A DNA stretch of 64,000 nucleotides from NCBI RefSeq assembly GCF_006345805.1, contig NC_043004.1, positions 24,738,001-24,802,000 on the forward strand, in the 5' to 3' direction. Below are positions 63,865-64,000 of the stretch, piece by piece. A program made the translations under genes and the position numbers. Origin of the DNA: Octopus sinensis (Eukaryota). The first letter of the stretch is position 1. Each line of letters opens with the position of its first letter. Under the pieces are notes generated by a model, which was not told the DNA's origin, searched no databases, and saw only the letters and a program-made list of their open reading frames with translations.

Positions 63865-64000
63865 TACATTATGTGATCACATCACCAACCAGGCTATCAG
63901 ATGTTGCTACACATTGCTGGTCACAATGCACTTTTTGTATTGGTTTGGCCTTCAAATGATGCCATCCTGCTGGCTAGGTGAGCAGGCTAACATTCCCCAC

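Overview
AT-rich animal genomic DNA with many microsatellites and transposons. The tRNA-derived SINE families, RTE tails ending in (GAT)n, piggyBac/mariner MITEs and Penelope and Gypsy relics point to a coleoid cephalopod, probably Octopus (inferred from repeat recognition, not a database search). One complete gene can be reconstructed: RMI2 (OB-fold subunit of the BLM-TOP3A-RMI complex), + strand, three coding exons at 23601-23768, 31246-31345 and 34614-34789, 147 aa. A few orphan splice-bounded exon candidates exist (best: 54354-54425). Most of the remainder is decayed or nested transposable elements. The most interesting observations are: (i) a minimal type-I hammerhead ribozyme fold (63663-63706) inside a short (TA)n-embedded element family whose other copy carries a perfect 86-bp palindrome, i.e. 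a candidate Penelope-dependent retrozyme-like system, with a second degenerate hammerhead at 21650-21693; (ii) a Merlin (IS1016/ISXO2-like) transposase relic beside MITEs with GGATC termini and 8-bp target duplications; (iii) a near-perfect tRNA-Gly fused directly to a SINE 3' tail; (iv) a decayed repetitive coding-like array between Gypsy pol relics. Repeat boundaries were read by eye and are approximate (tens of bp) unless a TSD or splice site is quoted. No CRISPR arrays, rRNA or intact transposase/RT ORFs were seen.
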